Assembly: GCA_011088265.1 (NCBI GenBank)
Contig: JAALKB010000002.1
Location: 5,909-69,908, forward strand
Direction of reading: 5' to 3'
DNA length: 64,000 nucleotides
DNA from: Gammaproteobacteria bacterium
GTDB lineage: Bacteria; Pseudomonadota; Gammaproteobacteria; Arenicellales; Poriferihabitantaceae
The notes under the pieces are model-generated. The model did not search any database. It had not been told where the DNA came from and was given only the letters and a program-made list of their open reading frames with translations. Within the stretch, counting starts at the first letter, position 1. Every line of letters starts with the position of its first letter. Position numbers and translations under genes: made by a program. This document shows positions 30,161 to 43,474 of this stretch, piece by piece.

Positions 30161-30822
30161 GGGTGACGACTGCTAATAATTTGACCATCGGATAATTCAA
30201 CTACCCCTGCTCTATCGTCCGCCAAATGGCGGGTATCATGGGTAGCGATTAGCACAGTGACATCAAGTTGATTGAACATAAAGAATAACTTCATGATTTC
30301 GTTCGCCAGCTCCGGATCAAGATTTCCCGTGGGTTCATCGGCTAACAGGATCTCGGGGCGCCCGACCACAGCCCGGGCAATACCAACGCGTTGCTGTTCC
30401 CCACTCGAAAGTGAAACTGGATATCGATTGGCTTTATCCAGCAAAGCAACTTTATCCAACGCAGCACGAGCCCTGCTTTTGCACTCACGATCGCTTACAC
30501 CGGCAACAATCAGGGGTAATGCAACATTGTCCTGTACCGTTCTATCAGGTAACAGCTTGTGGTCCTGGAAAACAAAACCTACACTCCTTCGATGCCTGGC
30601 AATTTTGTTACCACGCAATTTGGCGAGATCTAAGTCGTTAACCATGACCTGTCCCCTTGTTGATACCTCAGCTAACGACATCAGCCTCAACAAGGTACTT
30701 TTTCCTGCACCTGAATGCCCAGTCAAAAAGGTAATGGACCCTTGTGGAATAAACAAAGAAATGTTTTTAAGAGCGTCAAACCCGTTGGGGTATCGTTTGT
30801 ATACCTGGTTAAATCGGATCAC
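30157..30822 (-). CDS. ftsE: Cell division ATP-binding protein FtsE
   Basis: Motifs GHSGAGKSTLL, LSSGEQQRVGIARA and LLADEPTGNLD are present. Confidence 0.95.
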   Translation of the reverse strand: MIRFNQVYKRYPNGFDALKNISLFIPQGSITFLTGHSGAGKSTLLRLMSLAEVSTRGQVMVNDLDLAKLRGNKIARHRRSVGFVFQDHKLLPDRTVQDNVALPLIVAGVSDRECKSRARAALDKVALLDKANRYPVSLSSGEQQRVGIARAVVGRPEILLADEPTGNLDPELANEIMKLFFMFNQLDVTVLIATHDTRHLADDRAGVVELSDGQIISSRHP

Positions 30823-30842
30823 GATATGCCAAATAAAGCGTG

Positions 30843-31904
30843 TTATTCATCTTTTGAAGAGAGGTCAGGAAGCATGGCATCGACAAACTCTTCTGCGGAA
30901 AACGACTTTAGATCGGTTACTTTCTCCCCAACACCCAAATATCGAACCGGAATACCAAACTTTTGTACCACCGAAACAACTACACCACCTTTGGCAGTTC
31001 CATCCAGTTTAGTAACACACAGTCCATTCACATCCACTGTCTTTGAAAAATTCTCAACCTGGGAGTGGATGTTTTGCCCATTACCTGCATCAACCGTCAA
31101 TAGCGTCTCATGGGGAATTTGAGCTCCAGTTTTTTCCAGCACCCGATTGATTTTTCGCAATTGTTCCATCAGATCACCGTGGGTATGCTGGCGACCTGCC
31201 GTATCGATTACCAATACATCCACGCCTCGGGCACATGCAGCACTATAGGCATCGAATGCAACAGCAGCGGCATCAGACCCGTGGGACTGGGAAATAACGG
31301 CGATATCCAGTTTATCTCCCCAGCTTTGTAACTGTTCGATTGCTGCTGCGCGAAACGTATCACAGGCAGCCATTAATACCGTGCTACCTTGATCCTGATA
31401 GTGTTTTGAGATTTTAGCTAATGTTGTTGTCTTACCCACCCCATTAACACCTACCATTAATATGACATAAGGAAGCCCTCGTTCTTTCTTGAACTCAGCG
31501 GGCTCTGGAAACGACAGAATGTCAATAAGCGAAGCCCTCAGTCTATCAATTAGTTCCCCGGAATCTTTTATACTATACTTTCGAACGTCATCTCTTAGTC
31601 GAATCACAATCTCCTGGCTGGTATCCGCTCCCAGGTCCGCCAACACCAATTGATCTTCCAATTCCTCAAAGAAATCATTATCAATGGCAGGAGCGCTCCT
31701 TAAAAAACCGAACAATCCCTCGGAAAACGCTTTTCGGGTTTTCGACAGCCTACTAAATAATCCTCCATTTTCCGTTGAGGCTTCTTCCAGGCTTTCAGGG
31801 ATTTGGTCGCTTTCGGTATCCGATAGCCCATTTAGACCAGCCAGCTCCTCCTGGGTTGGTGTTTCATCGTTTTGGTGGTCTTTTTTAGATCGAAAGAACT
31901 TCAT
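30843..31904 (-). CDS. ftsY: Signal recognition particle receptor FtsY
   Basis: An acidic N-terminus is followed by an NG domain with GVNGVGKTTT, DTAGR and TKLDGTAKGG. Confidence 0.95.
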   Translation of the reverse strand: MKFFRSKKDHQNDETPTQEELAGLNGLSDTESDQIPESLEEASTENGGLFSRLSKTRKAFSEGLFGFLRSAPAIDNDFFEELEDQLVLADLGADTSQEIVIRLRDDVRKYSIKDSGELIDRLRASLIDILSFPEPAEFKKERGLPYVILMVGVNGVGKTTTLAKISKHYQDQGSTVLMAACDTFRAAAIEQLQSWGDKLDIAVISQSHGSDAAAVAFDAYSAACARGVDVLVIDTAGRQHTHGDLMEQLRKINRVLEKTGAQIPHETLLTVDAGNGQNIHSQVENFSKTVDVNGLCVTKLDGTAKGGVVVSVVQKFGIPVRYLGVGEKVTDLKSFSAEEFVDAMLPDLSSKDE

Positions 31905-32168
31905 TTTTAGCGTCGGATAAATTCTCGTATCCTACCTCAAAATGTCCGGACTTGATCAAAATTAATCATTCTTTTCTTCGATGTTTTATATCAAAAACCG
32001 ATTCGTTTGTTACCCAGGAGACCAATAACAGCACATCCATGATCAGGCTGCTCAACACATATATTGACCCTCGCACATAGCAGAGCACGAAGGAATATCG
32101 ATTATAATCCGCTCCTGTTTACTGAGCGATTGCCAGGCCCGACTCTCCCCCCAGAAATCAGGTATCAC

Positions 32169-32719
32169 ATGACAAAAGACGGAAAAATTAGAATCATTAG
32201 CGGGCAATGGAAAAGCCGGATACTCAGGTTCCCAGCAATCAAGGATCTTAGACCCACTCCAGGGATTATTAGAGAAACCCTATTCAATTGGCTCCGGGAA
32301 GAAATCAGGGGTAGCACTTGCCTGGACCTGTTCGCAGGTAGTGGTGCACTTGGGTTTGAAGCAGCGTCCCGGGGCGCTAAACAGATAGTGATGGTAGATA
32401 ATGCTGTTCCCGTAATTAAGGCGCTGACAAACAATGCCCAGGCGCTAGCCGGCCACCAGATTGAAATCATAAAATCTGATGCTATTACTTACATCGAAAA
32501 ATCCGAAGCACAGTTTGATATTGTTTTTGTCGACCCTCCATACAATAGTGATAATATAATCCAAATTTGCAAAACCTTGCATGACCGGGACCTGTTAAAC
32601 TCTGGAGCCTACATTTATATTGAGTCTGCAAAAATGCCTCTGGCTTCTTCGCTACCCATAGGCTGGACAGTTTTTCGAGAGAAGAAATGCGGTATGGTAC
32701 ATTCAACATTGGTTAGAAC

Positions 32720-32723
<4 letters not shown>
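32169..32723 (+). CDS. rsmD: 16S rRNA (guanine966-N2)-methyltransferase
   Basis: Motifs [26 protein letters not shown] and VDPPY are present. The start is chosen at MTKDGK; the ORF opens at 32064. Confidence 0.85.
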
Positions 32724-33516
<793 letters not shown>

Positions 33517-33519
33517 AGC

Positions 33520-35640
33520 GTGTCAGAAATATCAGAACTCGGCGAAAAACTTCAGGAGCAAGGTGCCCTTTATCGACATCGCCACTGCATTATAGTCTCA
33601 GGTCACCACGATTGGTGCCTTGAAGTCTCCCATGAGCTGATAACACCTTACAATTCCAGGGAAGTTATCTATCTGGGAGAAAGCCCCTCCCCTGTAATCC
33701 AGTCCCTCAATATCACGAACAGCCAGTCGGCTCTTGGGCGAGAATTTGAATCTGTGGTCTACGATTCCCACGATCAATTTTGTCCTGATGCCCTTGGTGT
33801 AATTTCGGGCACCGTCCTCCCTGGTGGATTGCTGATTATACTGACTCCCAAATTAGCTGATTGGCCAAAGCTGGAAGCGGGTCACTACGGCTCGCGATTT
33901 TCACCTCACGGATATGTACCGGCTAAAAACAATTTCTATATTCAGTATGTGATCAACGTGATCCGGAGCGACCCCCGTTGTCTGTTGCTGGAACAGGGTT
34001 CTCCCATTTCGAATATTGCAATCATGCCACGGAGACTTCCAGAGAGCAGTCCGGATTCACAACCTGTCTATATCGATCAGGAGTTAGCAATCGAGGGAAT
34101 AAAGAAAGTAGTAAAAGGACAGCGCCATCGGCCCGCGGTATTACTATCTGATCGTGGCCGGGGGAAATCAGCAGCTCTGGGGCTAGCATCAGGGCAACTC
34201 ATCCGCGAAGGATTAAAACGAATTTTGATCACCAGCCATAACAGACAGTCTGTAAGCACTGTATTTAAGCATGCCGAATCCGTTTTTCCATCAGTTGGTA
34301 AAAGAATAGAGTTTTTTGCTGTCGATAAACTGCTAATAGACCAGCCATCCTGTGATCTATTAATCGTCGATGAAGCCGCCTGCATCCCGCTCTCCTTGCT
34401 GGACCAATTACTTCGGCAATATTCGCGCATCGCCTTTGCCAGCACCGTCCACGGCTACGAAGGCACCGGACAGAGCTTCGTCCTGAAATTCCAAAAGATT
34501 ATGGATGAGCACACCCGAGGCTGGAAACGATATCGCATGGAACAACCCATTCGGTGGGCACCAGAAGACCCCCTGGAGGGTCTCATGTCTCGACTGTTGG
34601 TACTAGACAGCCGTGTGGCCCCCAAAGTTGACCGGGTTCCTGACATCACAAAAGATTTAGAATTTGAAAAACTCGACCCCACTGTTCTTACGAACAATGA
34701 ACCGTTGTTGCGAGAGGTCTTTGGTCTATTAACCATTGCTCACTACCGAACCCGAACTTCGGATTTACGCCATTTACTGGATGCGCCCAACTTACTCGCC
34801 TTTAGATTAATCACAAAGACGCACACCATCGCAATTGCCTTGGTTTCTTTGGAGGGAGGGCTAAGCGAGGAGCTTTCAAAGGAAGTCTGGCTTGGAAAAA
34901 CACGCCCCAAAGGTCATCTTCTAACGGAATCTCTGTTAGCGCAGATGGGATTGAAAGAGGCTGGCGGTCTTAAAACAGCCCGAATCGTTCGTATTGTCGT
35001 AAGACCAGAATTACAGGGCAGTGGTATTGGTACTCTATTAGTGAAAAAAGTAACGGACATATTGGAAAGCCAGGTTGATTTGATTGGGACCAGTTTTGGC
35101 CTGGAGGAAAAGTTGATGCGCTTTTGGAATCAAACAGGGTTTCGAATCAGTCGAATTGGATTAAGCCGCAGCAGCCACACCGGAACCCATTCCTGCCTGT
35201 TTCTTAAGCCACTGTCCGCTACCAGCAAAGTTATACTAGAGAATGCTGCTGAACAATTGTTAAGAAATCTTCCCTATCAACTCCCTCGTACACTAAATGC
35301 CATCCCTGCTCCGATCATTGCATTGGTTTATTCGATGATGGGAAAAGTGGAAACGCTAACCAGGCAGGAGCTCAACGACTTGCATACCTTTGCACACGGA
35401 AGGAGCAATCCAGATAATCTGCCCGCATCCTTAATTCGTTTGGGTGAGATTGATCTACAACTACGGCCCCCTGGGCAAAATGCTGGCAACCTGTATCCGG
35501 GCCAAGCGCTTATGGTAGAACGCGTTTTCCAGCACAAATCCTGGCAAGAGTGCGACAGTCTAAATGGATCAGTTGGCAGAAGGGAGGGAACCCGCCAGCT
35601 GCGGAAATGGGCGAGAGAGGCACTAAAACAGCAAGTGTGA
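33520..35640 (+). CDS. tmcA: tRNA(Met) cytidine acetyltransferase, GTG start
   Basis: A helicase-like domain (RGRGKSAALG, LIVDEAA.IP), the signature STVHGYEGTG and a C-terminal GNAT region (RIVV.PE.QG.GIG) are present. Confidence 0.85.
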   Translation: MSEISELGEKLQEQGALYRHRHCIIVSGHHDWCLEVSHELITPYNSREVIYLGESPSPVIQSLNITNSQSALGREFESVVYDSHDQFCPDALGVISGTVLPGGLLIILTPKLADWPKLEAGHYGSRFSPHGYVPAKNNFYIQYVINVIRSDPRCLLLEQGSPISNIAIMPRRLPESSPDSQPVYIDQELAIEGIKKVVKGQRHRPAVLLSDRGRGKSAALGLASGQLIREGLKRILITSHNRQSVSTVFKHAESVFPSVGKRIEFFAVDKLLIDQPSCDLLIVDEAACIPLSLLDQLLRQYSRIAFASTVHGYEGTGQSFVLKFQKIMDEHTRGWKRYRMEQPIRWAPEDPLEGLMSRLLVLDSRVAPKVDRVPDITKDLEFEKLDPTVLTNNEPLLREVFGLLTIAHYRTRTSDLRHLLDAPNLLAFRLITKTHTIAIALVSLEGGLSEELSKEVWLGKTRPKGHLLTESLLAQMGLKEAGGLKTARIVRIVVRPELQGSGIGTLLVKKVTDILESQVDLIGTSFGLEEKLMRFWNQTGFRISRIGLSRSSHTGTHSCLFLKPLSATSKVILENAAEQLLRNLPYQLPRTLNAIPAPIIALVYSMMGKVETLTRQELNDLHTFAHGRSNPDNLPASLIRLGEIDLQLRPPGQNAGNLYPGQALMVERVFQHKSWQECDSLNGSVGRREGTRQLRKWAREALKQQV

Positions 35641-35828
35641 TAACAGCAAACGTTAAAGCATTAATGTTTTAGTGCAACCTTGCAGAGATATATGAGCGAT
35701 AACAGGATCGGCTGTACGAGAACGCCTTACCGTTCCAGAGCCTGATTATTATAGGGATAAAGTATGTTATCTAAACGATAATTCTATACAAAGAAAGTAG
35801 CCTTACAACTATTTTTTCACATTGCCTT

Positions 35829-36031
35829 TTACCTCATGCCTAACAATTTTTGTGTCATATAATATCGGATTATCGAAGAATGGACATTGTATCCAAAGGC
35901 TAACTGGACCAGCGTTCTATCACCTTTGAGGGCGACCAGTGCTACTTTAGCTTTAAAGGCTGGTGAATGATTTCGTCGTTTTCTTCGCGTCTTCTGTTCT
36001 CGTTTTATAATGATGTAAACCTGCAGTCTCA
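35829..36031 (-). mobile_element. IS3-family insertion-sequence remnant (left end plus about the first 59 codons of orfA)
   Basis: The minus strand encodes ..KRRNHSPAFKAKVALVALKGDRTLVQLAFGYNVHSSII...QKLLG, the helix-turn-helix N-terminus of IS3-type OrfA. The expected ATG reads ATA, and there is no orfB. A possible terminal TGAGACTGC ends at 36031; that terminus is low confidence. Confidence 0.55.
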
Positions 36032-36361
36032 CCAGATAGAGTGTCGCAAATTTGGATAGCAAATTCAGGCTGTTGATTTGGATTATTGAGGATGTTATCT
36101 TTTCTATTTTGAGTTCTATATGACTTTTAAGCTCCAATTGTGAATTAAAGTTATTGGACTTCTGCATGGCCTGGAATCCTGCTCCCAGGAAATCATTGAA
36201 GCGGACTCATGGGTATGGATCGGAACTCCCGTGGTGGTTTATGTATCGTTACGTAGATTAATCCAACAGATTGATCCAACTTTCAGGCTGAGGAAGCCAT
36301 CATTAATCTGATAAATCCTGGCCAATAGTATGTTAATAAAACTCTAACCTTTTATCGTAAT

Positions 36362-37335
36362 ATGAACTCTCGCAAGCTTGGTCAATCTGGCATTGATATT
36401 TCCACAATCGGACTTGGCACCAACTATGTTGGTGGACATAACATGTATGTGAATGTGGATGAAGCGGAAGGGATTAGGTTAGTGCAGCGGGCGCTGGATA
36501 TGGGTATTACTCATGTCGATACCGCTGATCTTTATGGTTCCGGTCGATCAGAGGAGTTGATCGCCAAGGCAATCAAAGGGCGTCGAGATGAAGTTGTGAT
36601 CGCTACCAAAGGCGGGATGCTATTTGGTGAACATGGTAGTGGAACTAACAATGATCCCGCCTATCTTCGCGCCGCGCTGGAACGTTCACTCAAACGCCTG
36701 GATGTTGATCATGTGGATTTGTATTATATCCATAGTTATGATGGGAAAACTCCCGTTGAAGAGGCGTTTGGTGCATTGATGGACTTTAAACGGGAGGGTC
36801 TGATTCGTGCAGCCGGAGTATCGAATTTCGATTTATCCACTTTACAGGCGGCAGCAACCGTGGGACCAATAGATGCACTGCAGTCATGTTACAACCTTCT
36901 GCAACGAGAAATAGAGATTGATATCTTGCCATGGTGCGAGCGAAAAGTGTTAGCTTTATTCCATGGGGGTCGCTGGCTTATGGCATGTTAGGGGGGCGTT
37001 ACACACGGGATTTTACGATGGATGATGATGATTGGCGACATGACAGTGGAGTGTTTGATAAAGGATTGTATGAACGGAGTATGGATGTGGTGGATAACCT
37101 AAGAGCCATTGCCGATGAATGCAGTTCAACGCCGGGATATCTTGCTATTCAATGGCTGTTATCGAGACCGGCTGTTGGTTCCGTTATCGCGGGGGCGAAG
37201 CGCGCCGAACAGGTCGTGAACAATGCAGCGGCTGACGATGTACATCTTACCGAGGAACAGCTGACCGCGATAGACAGCTTAACATTGGAGCTGGTCAGCA
37301 ATCGGTATGTATGTAATCAAATGCTATCATTATAA
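36362..37335 (+). pseudogene. Aldo/keto reductase split by a 1-nt deletion in an A-run
   Basis: The two ORFs (36362-36991 and 36931-37335) are collinear with one AKR. Reading ..ILPWCERK in frame 1 and then SVSFIPWGSLAYGMLGGRY in the -1 frame restores the protein if the A4 run at 36943-36946 were A5. Confidence 0.8.
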
Positions 37336-39015
37336 TGAAACGCCAATCTGTTTATGACTACGTTATAGCGGGGGGGTGGGTCGGCTGGATGCGTGTTGGC
37401 AGCGCGATTGGCAGAAAACCCAAACATAAAGGTCTGCCTGGTGGAGGCAGGTGGTCGCGGGCGTAACTTGTTCATTAAAATGCCCGCGGGAAATGGTTTT
37501 TTATTCGGTAACCCAGCGCTTGATTGGGGGTACGAGTCGGTACCCCAACCAGCGATAAATAGCCGCCGCATCTATTTTCCAAGAGGCAAAGGACTTGGTG
37601 GCACCTCAATTATGAACGGTATGATGTATATGAGAGGGGTACCGAAGGATTATGATAGCTGGAAAGAAATGGGGCTATCGGGATGGGGTTTCACGGAGCT
37701 GATGCCTTATTTTTTGCGTGCAGAACACTCAAGAGACCGACAAGGTCCCTGGCACGGAAAGGAAGGGCCATTGAAAACACAACCTGCAGCTAATTTTGGC
37801 GTATTGGAGCAAGCTTTCGTCGACGCTGCCGTGGCAACTGGTCATCGAAGGCTAGATGATTTGAATGGACCAGAAAGAACCGGCGTCGCGCGTTCTGATA
37901 GTACAGTTTACAAAGGCGTGAGACAGTCTACGGCAATCGCCTATTTAGGATCTACACCGAAAAATCTACATGTCGTAACCAATAAACACGTTCATCGCAT
38001 TCGTTTTGAGGGTCAACGTGCGATTGGATTGGAAACTACTACCGGTGAGTTTATTCGTGCGAATCAGGAGGTCATTATTTGCGGCGGTGTATTCGGCACA
38101 CCGCACATACTAATGTTATCAGGGATTGGTCCTGCTGATGATTTATTAAAACATAATATTGAAATACGAGCCGACCTCACTGGTGTCGGTGCTAATTTCC
38201 TCGATCACATCGGTGCCTGTATACAATATGGATCAGATCGCCTTGATCTCAGTCACGCTCGCCATCAACGTATTGACAAAGCGGCTCTGCTAATGGCTCG
38301 TTGGCTACTTAATGGCGGTGGCCCCGGCGGTGGTGCGTTTTTTTCAACAGTCTTGTTCCATGCACTGCGAGATCCTGAATTCCCCGAATTCCAGGTTTTT
38401 ATGACACCGATGACTGTCGACGAGAACCTGACAGAAGGAGAAAATGAAAAAATACCGCTGCTTCAGCGATGGGGAAAGAAACTTCTGGTGCGAGGCCGCA
38501 AGGTCGCGATGCCAGGAATTCAGCTTGATGTTAGCCTGGAAAGACCACGTTCAAAAGGAACGTTACGTCTGGCAAGCAATAACCCTCTGACCCATCCAAT
38601 CATCAATCCCAACCATTTCTCTGATCCATACGATTTGGGTACAATGATTGAAGGTGTGAAGGCGATGCGAGAAGTGATGTCACAGCAGCCGATCGCACAA
38701 TATACCACGGGCGAATTGGGAGCATGGCGAGGTGTTCGTACCAATGCCGAGATTGCTGATGCCATAAGGGCGACTGCTTACACCTGTCATCATGTTTCTT
38801 CCACTGCCCGCATGGGTAATGAAAACGATGCCGGAGCTGTGCTCGATGCAGAACTCAAAGTACGCGGTATCGATAATTTAAGGGATTGCGATGCGTCCGC
38901 CATGCCAACGCAAATTACTGGCAATCTGAATGCAACGGTGATCGCTATGGCCGAAAAAGCAGCGGATATGATTTTAGGACGAGCACCATTGTCCCCCATA
39001 GACCCGAGAGTCTGA
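37335..39015 (+). pseudogene. GMC-family FAD oxidoreductase (choline-dehydrogenase-like) with a 1-nt insertion in a G-run
   Basis: ATG at 37335 (TAATG overlap with the AKR stop) gives MKRQSVYDYVIAGG and then leaves the frame. With G6 instead of the observed G7 (37370-37376) it reads YDYVIAGGGSAGCVLAARLAENP, the GxGxxG FAD motif, and continues into the 540-aa ORF. Confidence 0.8.
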
Positions 39016-39226
39016 TGACAATCAAAGGGGAATTGGTTCGATAATTTTAAAAGTTCCCATGTCCCATTCTGATGCATCTGGAGCGTGATGAGTAAATACC
39101 CGTACGAACCGACATTGAACTGACCAAGATGGAGTAGTCCTAAATTCAATTCCCCTGCTTCCCGGGAGTTTTGAGACGATGAAAGCTGGATACGATAGAG
39201 TCAATACAGAAGATCAGGATAAGGCA

Positions 39227-40360
39227 TCAAACCGCAGCCAATACTCGTCGGAAGGCATCCAAAAATACTAAATTTTGCTCCCTTGTACTAACAGTTATTC
39301 TGAGGCAATTTTCCAATAACGTCCCACTTTGGTGCAAATTTCTGATCAATACTCCTTCCAGCATCAACTGATCAAAAACAAATTGCGAGGAGTCATTCAC
39401 CTTCACCAATATAAAATTCGCATTACTTTTGAACACTAACAAGCCAGTCAACTCCCTGAGTTTAGACTCAAGCCACACTCTCTCCTGCAATATTTGTTCG
39501 GATTGGGACTGTAGTAACCTGTAATTATCAAGATAGAATAAGGCACTGGTCTGGGTCAATATGTTTATATTATATGGCAACCTTAACTTCTCTAGCTGTT
39601 CAACCCACATTGGGCGCGCCATGAGCATCCCCAGGCGAAGTCCTGCCAACCCACTTTTTGACATTGTCCGAAGAATAACCAGATTCGGATAGAAATCGAG
39701 CTTATCCATAAAACTGCGTTGACAAAAAGCAAAATAGGCTTCATCCAGGACCACCAACCCGGGTGCACTTTTGATCACTTCGTCTATCATCGCCTCATCG
39801 AAGCAATTACCGGTCGGGTTGTTGGGGTAAGATAAAAATACACACGCAGGTTGATGTGCCCGAATTTCCGATAGCATTTTTTCTGTATCCAACGAAAAAT
39901 CGGGCTTAAGTGGAACACCAATAAAGTCACATCCCATGGCAGCCGAAATAATTTCGTACATGGAAAACGTTGGTACTGGAGCAAGAATTTTTCGACCTGG
40001 GGCAGCAACCAGCATAACAATTATCTGGATAAGCTCATCGGAACCATTGCCTAACATCACACCGGCGGACTCCGGGATAGAAAACACCTTTTTCATCGAT
40101 TCCTTGAGCACCCTGCATGATGGGTCAGGATACCGATTTACGGATACTTTTCCCAACTCATTCAGCCATTTCTGCTGCATGTCATCAGTCAGCTCATAAG
40201 GGCTTTCCATGGCATCCAGCTTGAGCAAACCATCTGCTGGTGGGACATGATAGGCTTTCAATGTCCGAATACTTTCGGGTACCCACCGCGCAATGGTCTG
40301 CTCCAATACGGTGTCATTCTCAACTGGATATTTCCCGACAGCCGGGCGAGATGTATTCAT
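39227..40360 (-). CDS. hisC: Histidinol-phosphate aminotransferase
   Basis: A class-II aminotransferase with the YPDP, GNGSDE and [14 protein letters not shown]-lysine motifs. The start overlaps the hisD stop by 4 nt. Confidence 0.9.
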   Translation of the reverse strand: MNTSRPAVGKYPVENDTVLEQTIARWVPESIRTLKAYHVPPADGLLKLDAMESPYELTDDMQQKWLNELGKVSVNRYPDPSCRVLKESMKKVFSIPESAGVMLGNGSDELIQIIVMLVAAPGRKILAPVPTFSMYEIISAAMGCDFIGVPLKPDFSLDTEKMLSEIRAHQPACVFLSYPNNPTGNCFDEAMIDEVIKSAPGLVVLDEAYFAFCQRSFMDKLDFYPNLVILRTMSKSGLAGLRLGMLMARPMWVEQLEKLRLPYNINILTQTSALFYLDNYRLLQSQSEQILQERVWLESKLRELTGLLVFKSNANFILVKVNDSSQFVFDQLMLEGVLIRNLHQSGTLLENCLRITVSTREQNLVFLDAFRRVLAAV

Positions 40361-41694
40361 GGATCAGATAATTGCTCCGGAGATTCAGTCAAATTGTCCC
40401 TTCTATATTCTGCAGATCGGGCATGGGCTGTGAGGCCCTCAGATCTTGCCAGAATGGAGGCAATTCCCCCAATATTCCTGGCGCCTCCTGCACTAATTTC
40501 TATCACACTGCTACGCTTCTGGTAATCATAAACTCCAAGGGGAGAACTAAAGCGAGCGGTACCCGATGTAGGCAGAACATGACTTGGCCCTGCACAATAA
40601 TCACCCAGGGATTCCGCACTGTATTTACCCAAAAAAATTGCCCCTGCGTGGGTAATCAACGGTTCGAGCTTTTTAGGCTCACGGACCATTAGCTCGAGAT
40701 GTTCCGGAGCAATGCGATTAGATAACTCAGCGGCTGATCGTAACGAGTCTGTAATGACAATCGCTCCCCTGGAAGATAGTGATTCAGTAATAATTTCCCG
40801 CCGCTCCATAGTGGGCAGCAGTTTCTCAATGGATTGACTGATCTGATTCGCCATCTCCTCGGAATCCGTAATAGCAATGGATTGGGCTAATTCATCATGC
40901 TCCGCTTGGGCAAACAGATCCATAGCGACCCAATCTGGGTCTACAGAATCATCGCAAATTACGACAACTTCGGACGGCCCTGCGATCATATCAATGCCTA
41001 CTTTTCCGAATACCATTTTTTTTGCGGTCGCGACATAGGTGTTTCCTGGTCCCACAATTTTATCCACCGCCGGTATGGTTTGTGTGCCATAGGCCAGCGC
41101 CGCGATGGCCTGAGCTCCGCCGACGCGAAAAACACGATCAACTCCGGCTAATGCAGCAGCAGCAAGCACCATCTGACTAACCTCCCCGCCAGGGCTTGGG
41201 ACGGTCATGATTACTTCCTGCACTCCAGCGACTTTTGCCGGCACAGCAGTCATCAAAACGGAAGATGGGTAAGCTGCCTTTCCACCTGGAACATAAAGCC
41301 CCATTCTATCCAGGGGTGTGATTTTTTGACCGAGTGTGGTTCCATCCGCTTGGGAGAACTTCCATGATTGCAATACTTCCCGCTCATGATATTCGCGGAT
41401 TCTCCTGGTAGCTGCCTCTAGTGCATCACGTGACGTACAGTCCATGGAAGACAATGAGTCCTCCAATTCCTGCCGCGGAATTTCGAGCTGTTCGACTGTA
41501 TCGGCACTCACTCCATCGAGACGGCTAGTTAGCGACAAAAGCGCACTATCTCCCTCCCTCCTTATTTGCGCAATTATCTCTCTAACGATATCGTCAACAG
41601 AGTGGGAATTATCCTCCCCTCTTTGAAGCAGCTTCTTCAGGTTTTGGTGGAAGAAAGGATGGGTTTGATTCAGGATAGTTAACATAAAAGGCAA
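40357..41694 (-). CDS. hisD: Histidinol dehydrogenase
   Basis: Motifs [24 protein letters not shown] and PEHLEL are present. Confidence 0.95.
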   Translation of the reverse strand: MPFMLTILNQTHPFFHQNLKKLLQRGEDNSHSVDDIVREIIAQIRREGDSALLSLTSRLDGVSADTVEQLEIPRQELEDSLSSMDCTSRDALEAATRRIREYHEREVLQSWKFSQADGTTLGQKITPLDRMGLYVPGGKAAYPSSVLMTAVPAKVAGVQEVIMTVPSPGGEVSQMVLAAAALAGVDRVFRVGGAQAIAALAYGTQTIPAVDKIVGPGNTYVATAKKMVFGKVGIDMIAGPSEVVVICDDSVDPDWVAMDLFAQAEHDELAQSIAITDSEEMANQISQSIEKLLPTMERREIITESLSSRGAIVITDSLRSAAELSNRIAPEHLELMVREPKKLEPLITHAGAIFLGKYSAESLGDYCAGPSHVLPTSGTARFSSPLGVYDYQKRSSVIEISAGGARNIGGIASILARSEGLTAHARSAEYRRDNLTESPEQLSDP

Positions 41695-41776
41695 TTGATG
41701 AAAAACAACAACCGAAGGGGAGTAGATTCCGAAACCTCCCTGGTTTCAGAAGAACACCAGGGCATCGGTCAGTCAG

Positions 41777-43060
<1,284 letters not shown>

Positions 43061-43153
43061 TCAGTGTCTTGGCAGGATTAGGTTATCAAACCCGATAGTT
43101 TAACTCATTTGGCCTCAACAAGTCTTTGAGTAGGTCATACTAATCCCATCGAT

Positions 43154-43474
43154 CTAATCCCATCGATGATCTCGAACCTGAACCATTCCATCGATAACCT
43201 GAACGGGGAAAGTATCAATTGGCTCATAAGCGGGAGGGGACATCACCGCCCCGGTTTTAATATCAAACCGGGCACCGTGTCTTGGACACTCAATACAACC
43301 ATCAACCACACATCCGCTCGAGATCTCACTGCCGTCATGGGTACAAATATCTTCGATGGCGTAAAATCCCCCATCCAGGTTAAAGATCACAATCATCGCG
43401 TCTTCGACTTCGACAACCATGTGATTCCCCGGCTGCAAATCACTTTTCAGAACCACATTCATCCAGTCGCTCAT
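43154..43474 (-). CDS. Rieske [2Fe-2S] ferredoxin-like protein at the end of the suf operon
   Basis: The Rieske ligand pattern CTHDG...C.ECPRHGARF is present. The start overlaps the sufT-like stop by 4 nt. Confidence 0.8.
   Translation of the reverse strand: MSDWMNVVLKSDLQPGNHMVVEVEDAMIVIFNLDGGFYAIEDICTHDGSEISSGCVVDGCIECPRHGARFDIKTGAVMSPPAYEPIDTFPVQVIDGMVQVRDHRWD

Noticed and set aside
30272-31012. A 246-aa ORF on the plus strand. Similar long antisense ORFs occur at 13306-13836, 43166-43684, 49783-50349, 59306-59827 and 60224-60760.
   Set aside because: Each lies entirely antisense to a strongly supported conserved gene (ftsE, permease, Rieske/sufT, pilB, lpxC, ftsZ). Their composition is low-complexity and Ser/Arg/Pro-rich, which is typical of shadow ORFs.
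35641-36361. A tRNA or tmRNA gene as the integration target next to the IS remnant.
   Set aside because: I found no cloverleaf-compatible sequence or T-loop motif (GGTTCGAATCC-like) in the gap or elsewhere in the window.
36931-36991. Programmed -1 ribosomal frameshifting in the aldo/keto reductase.
   Set aside because: The shift site (CGA AAA GTG) is not an X_XXY_YYZ slippery heptamer, and no downstream pseudoknot or hairpin is evident. A simple A-run deletion explains it.
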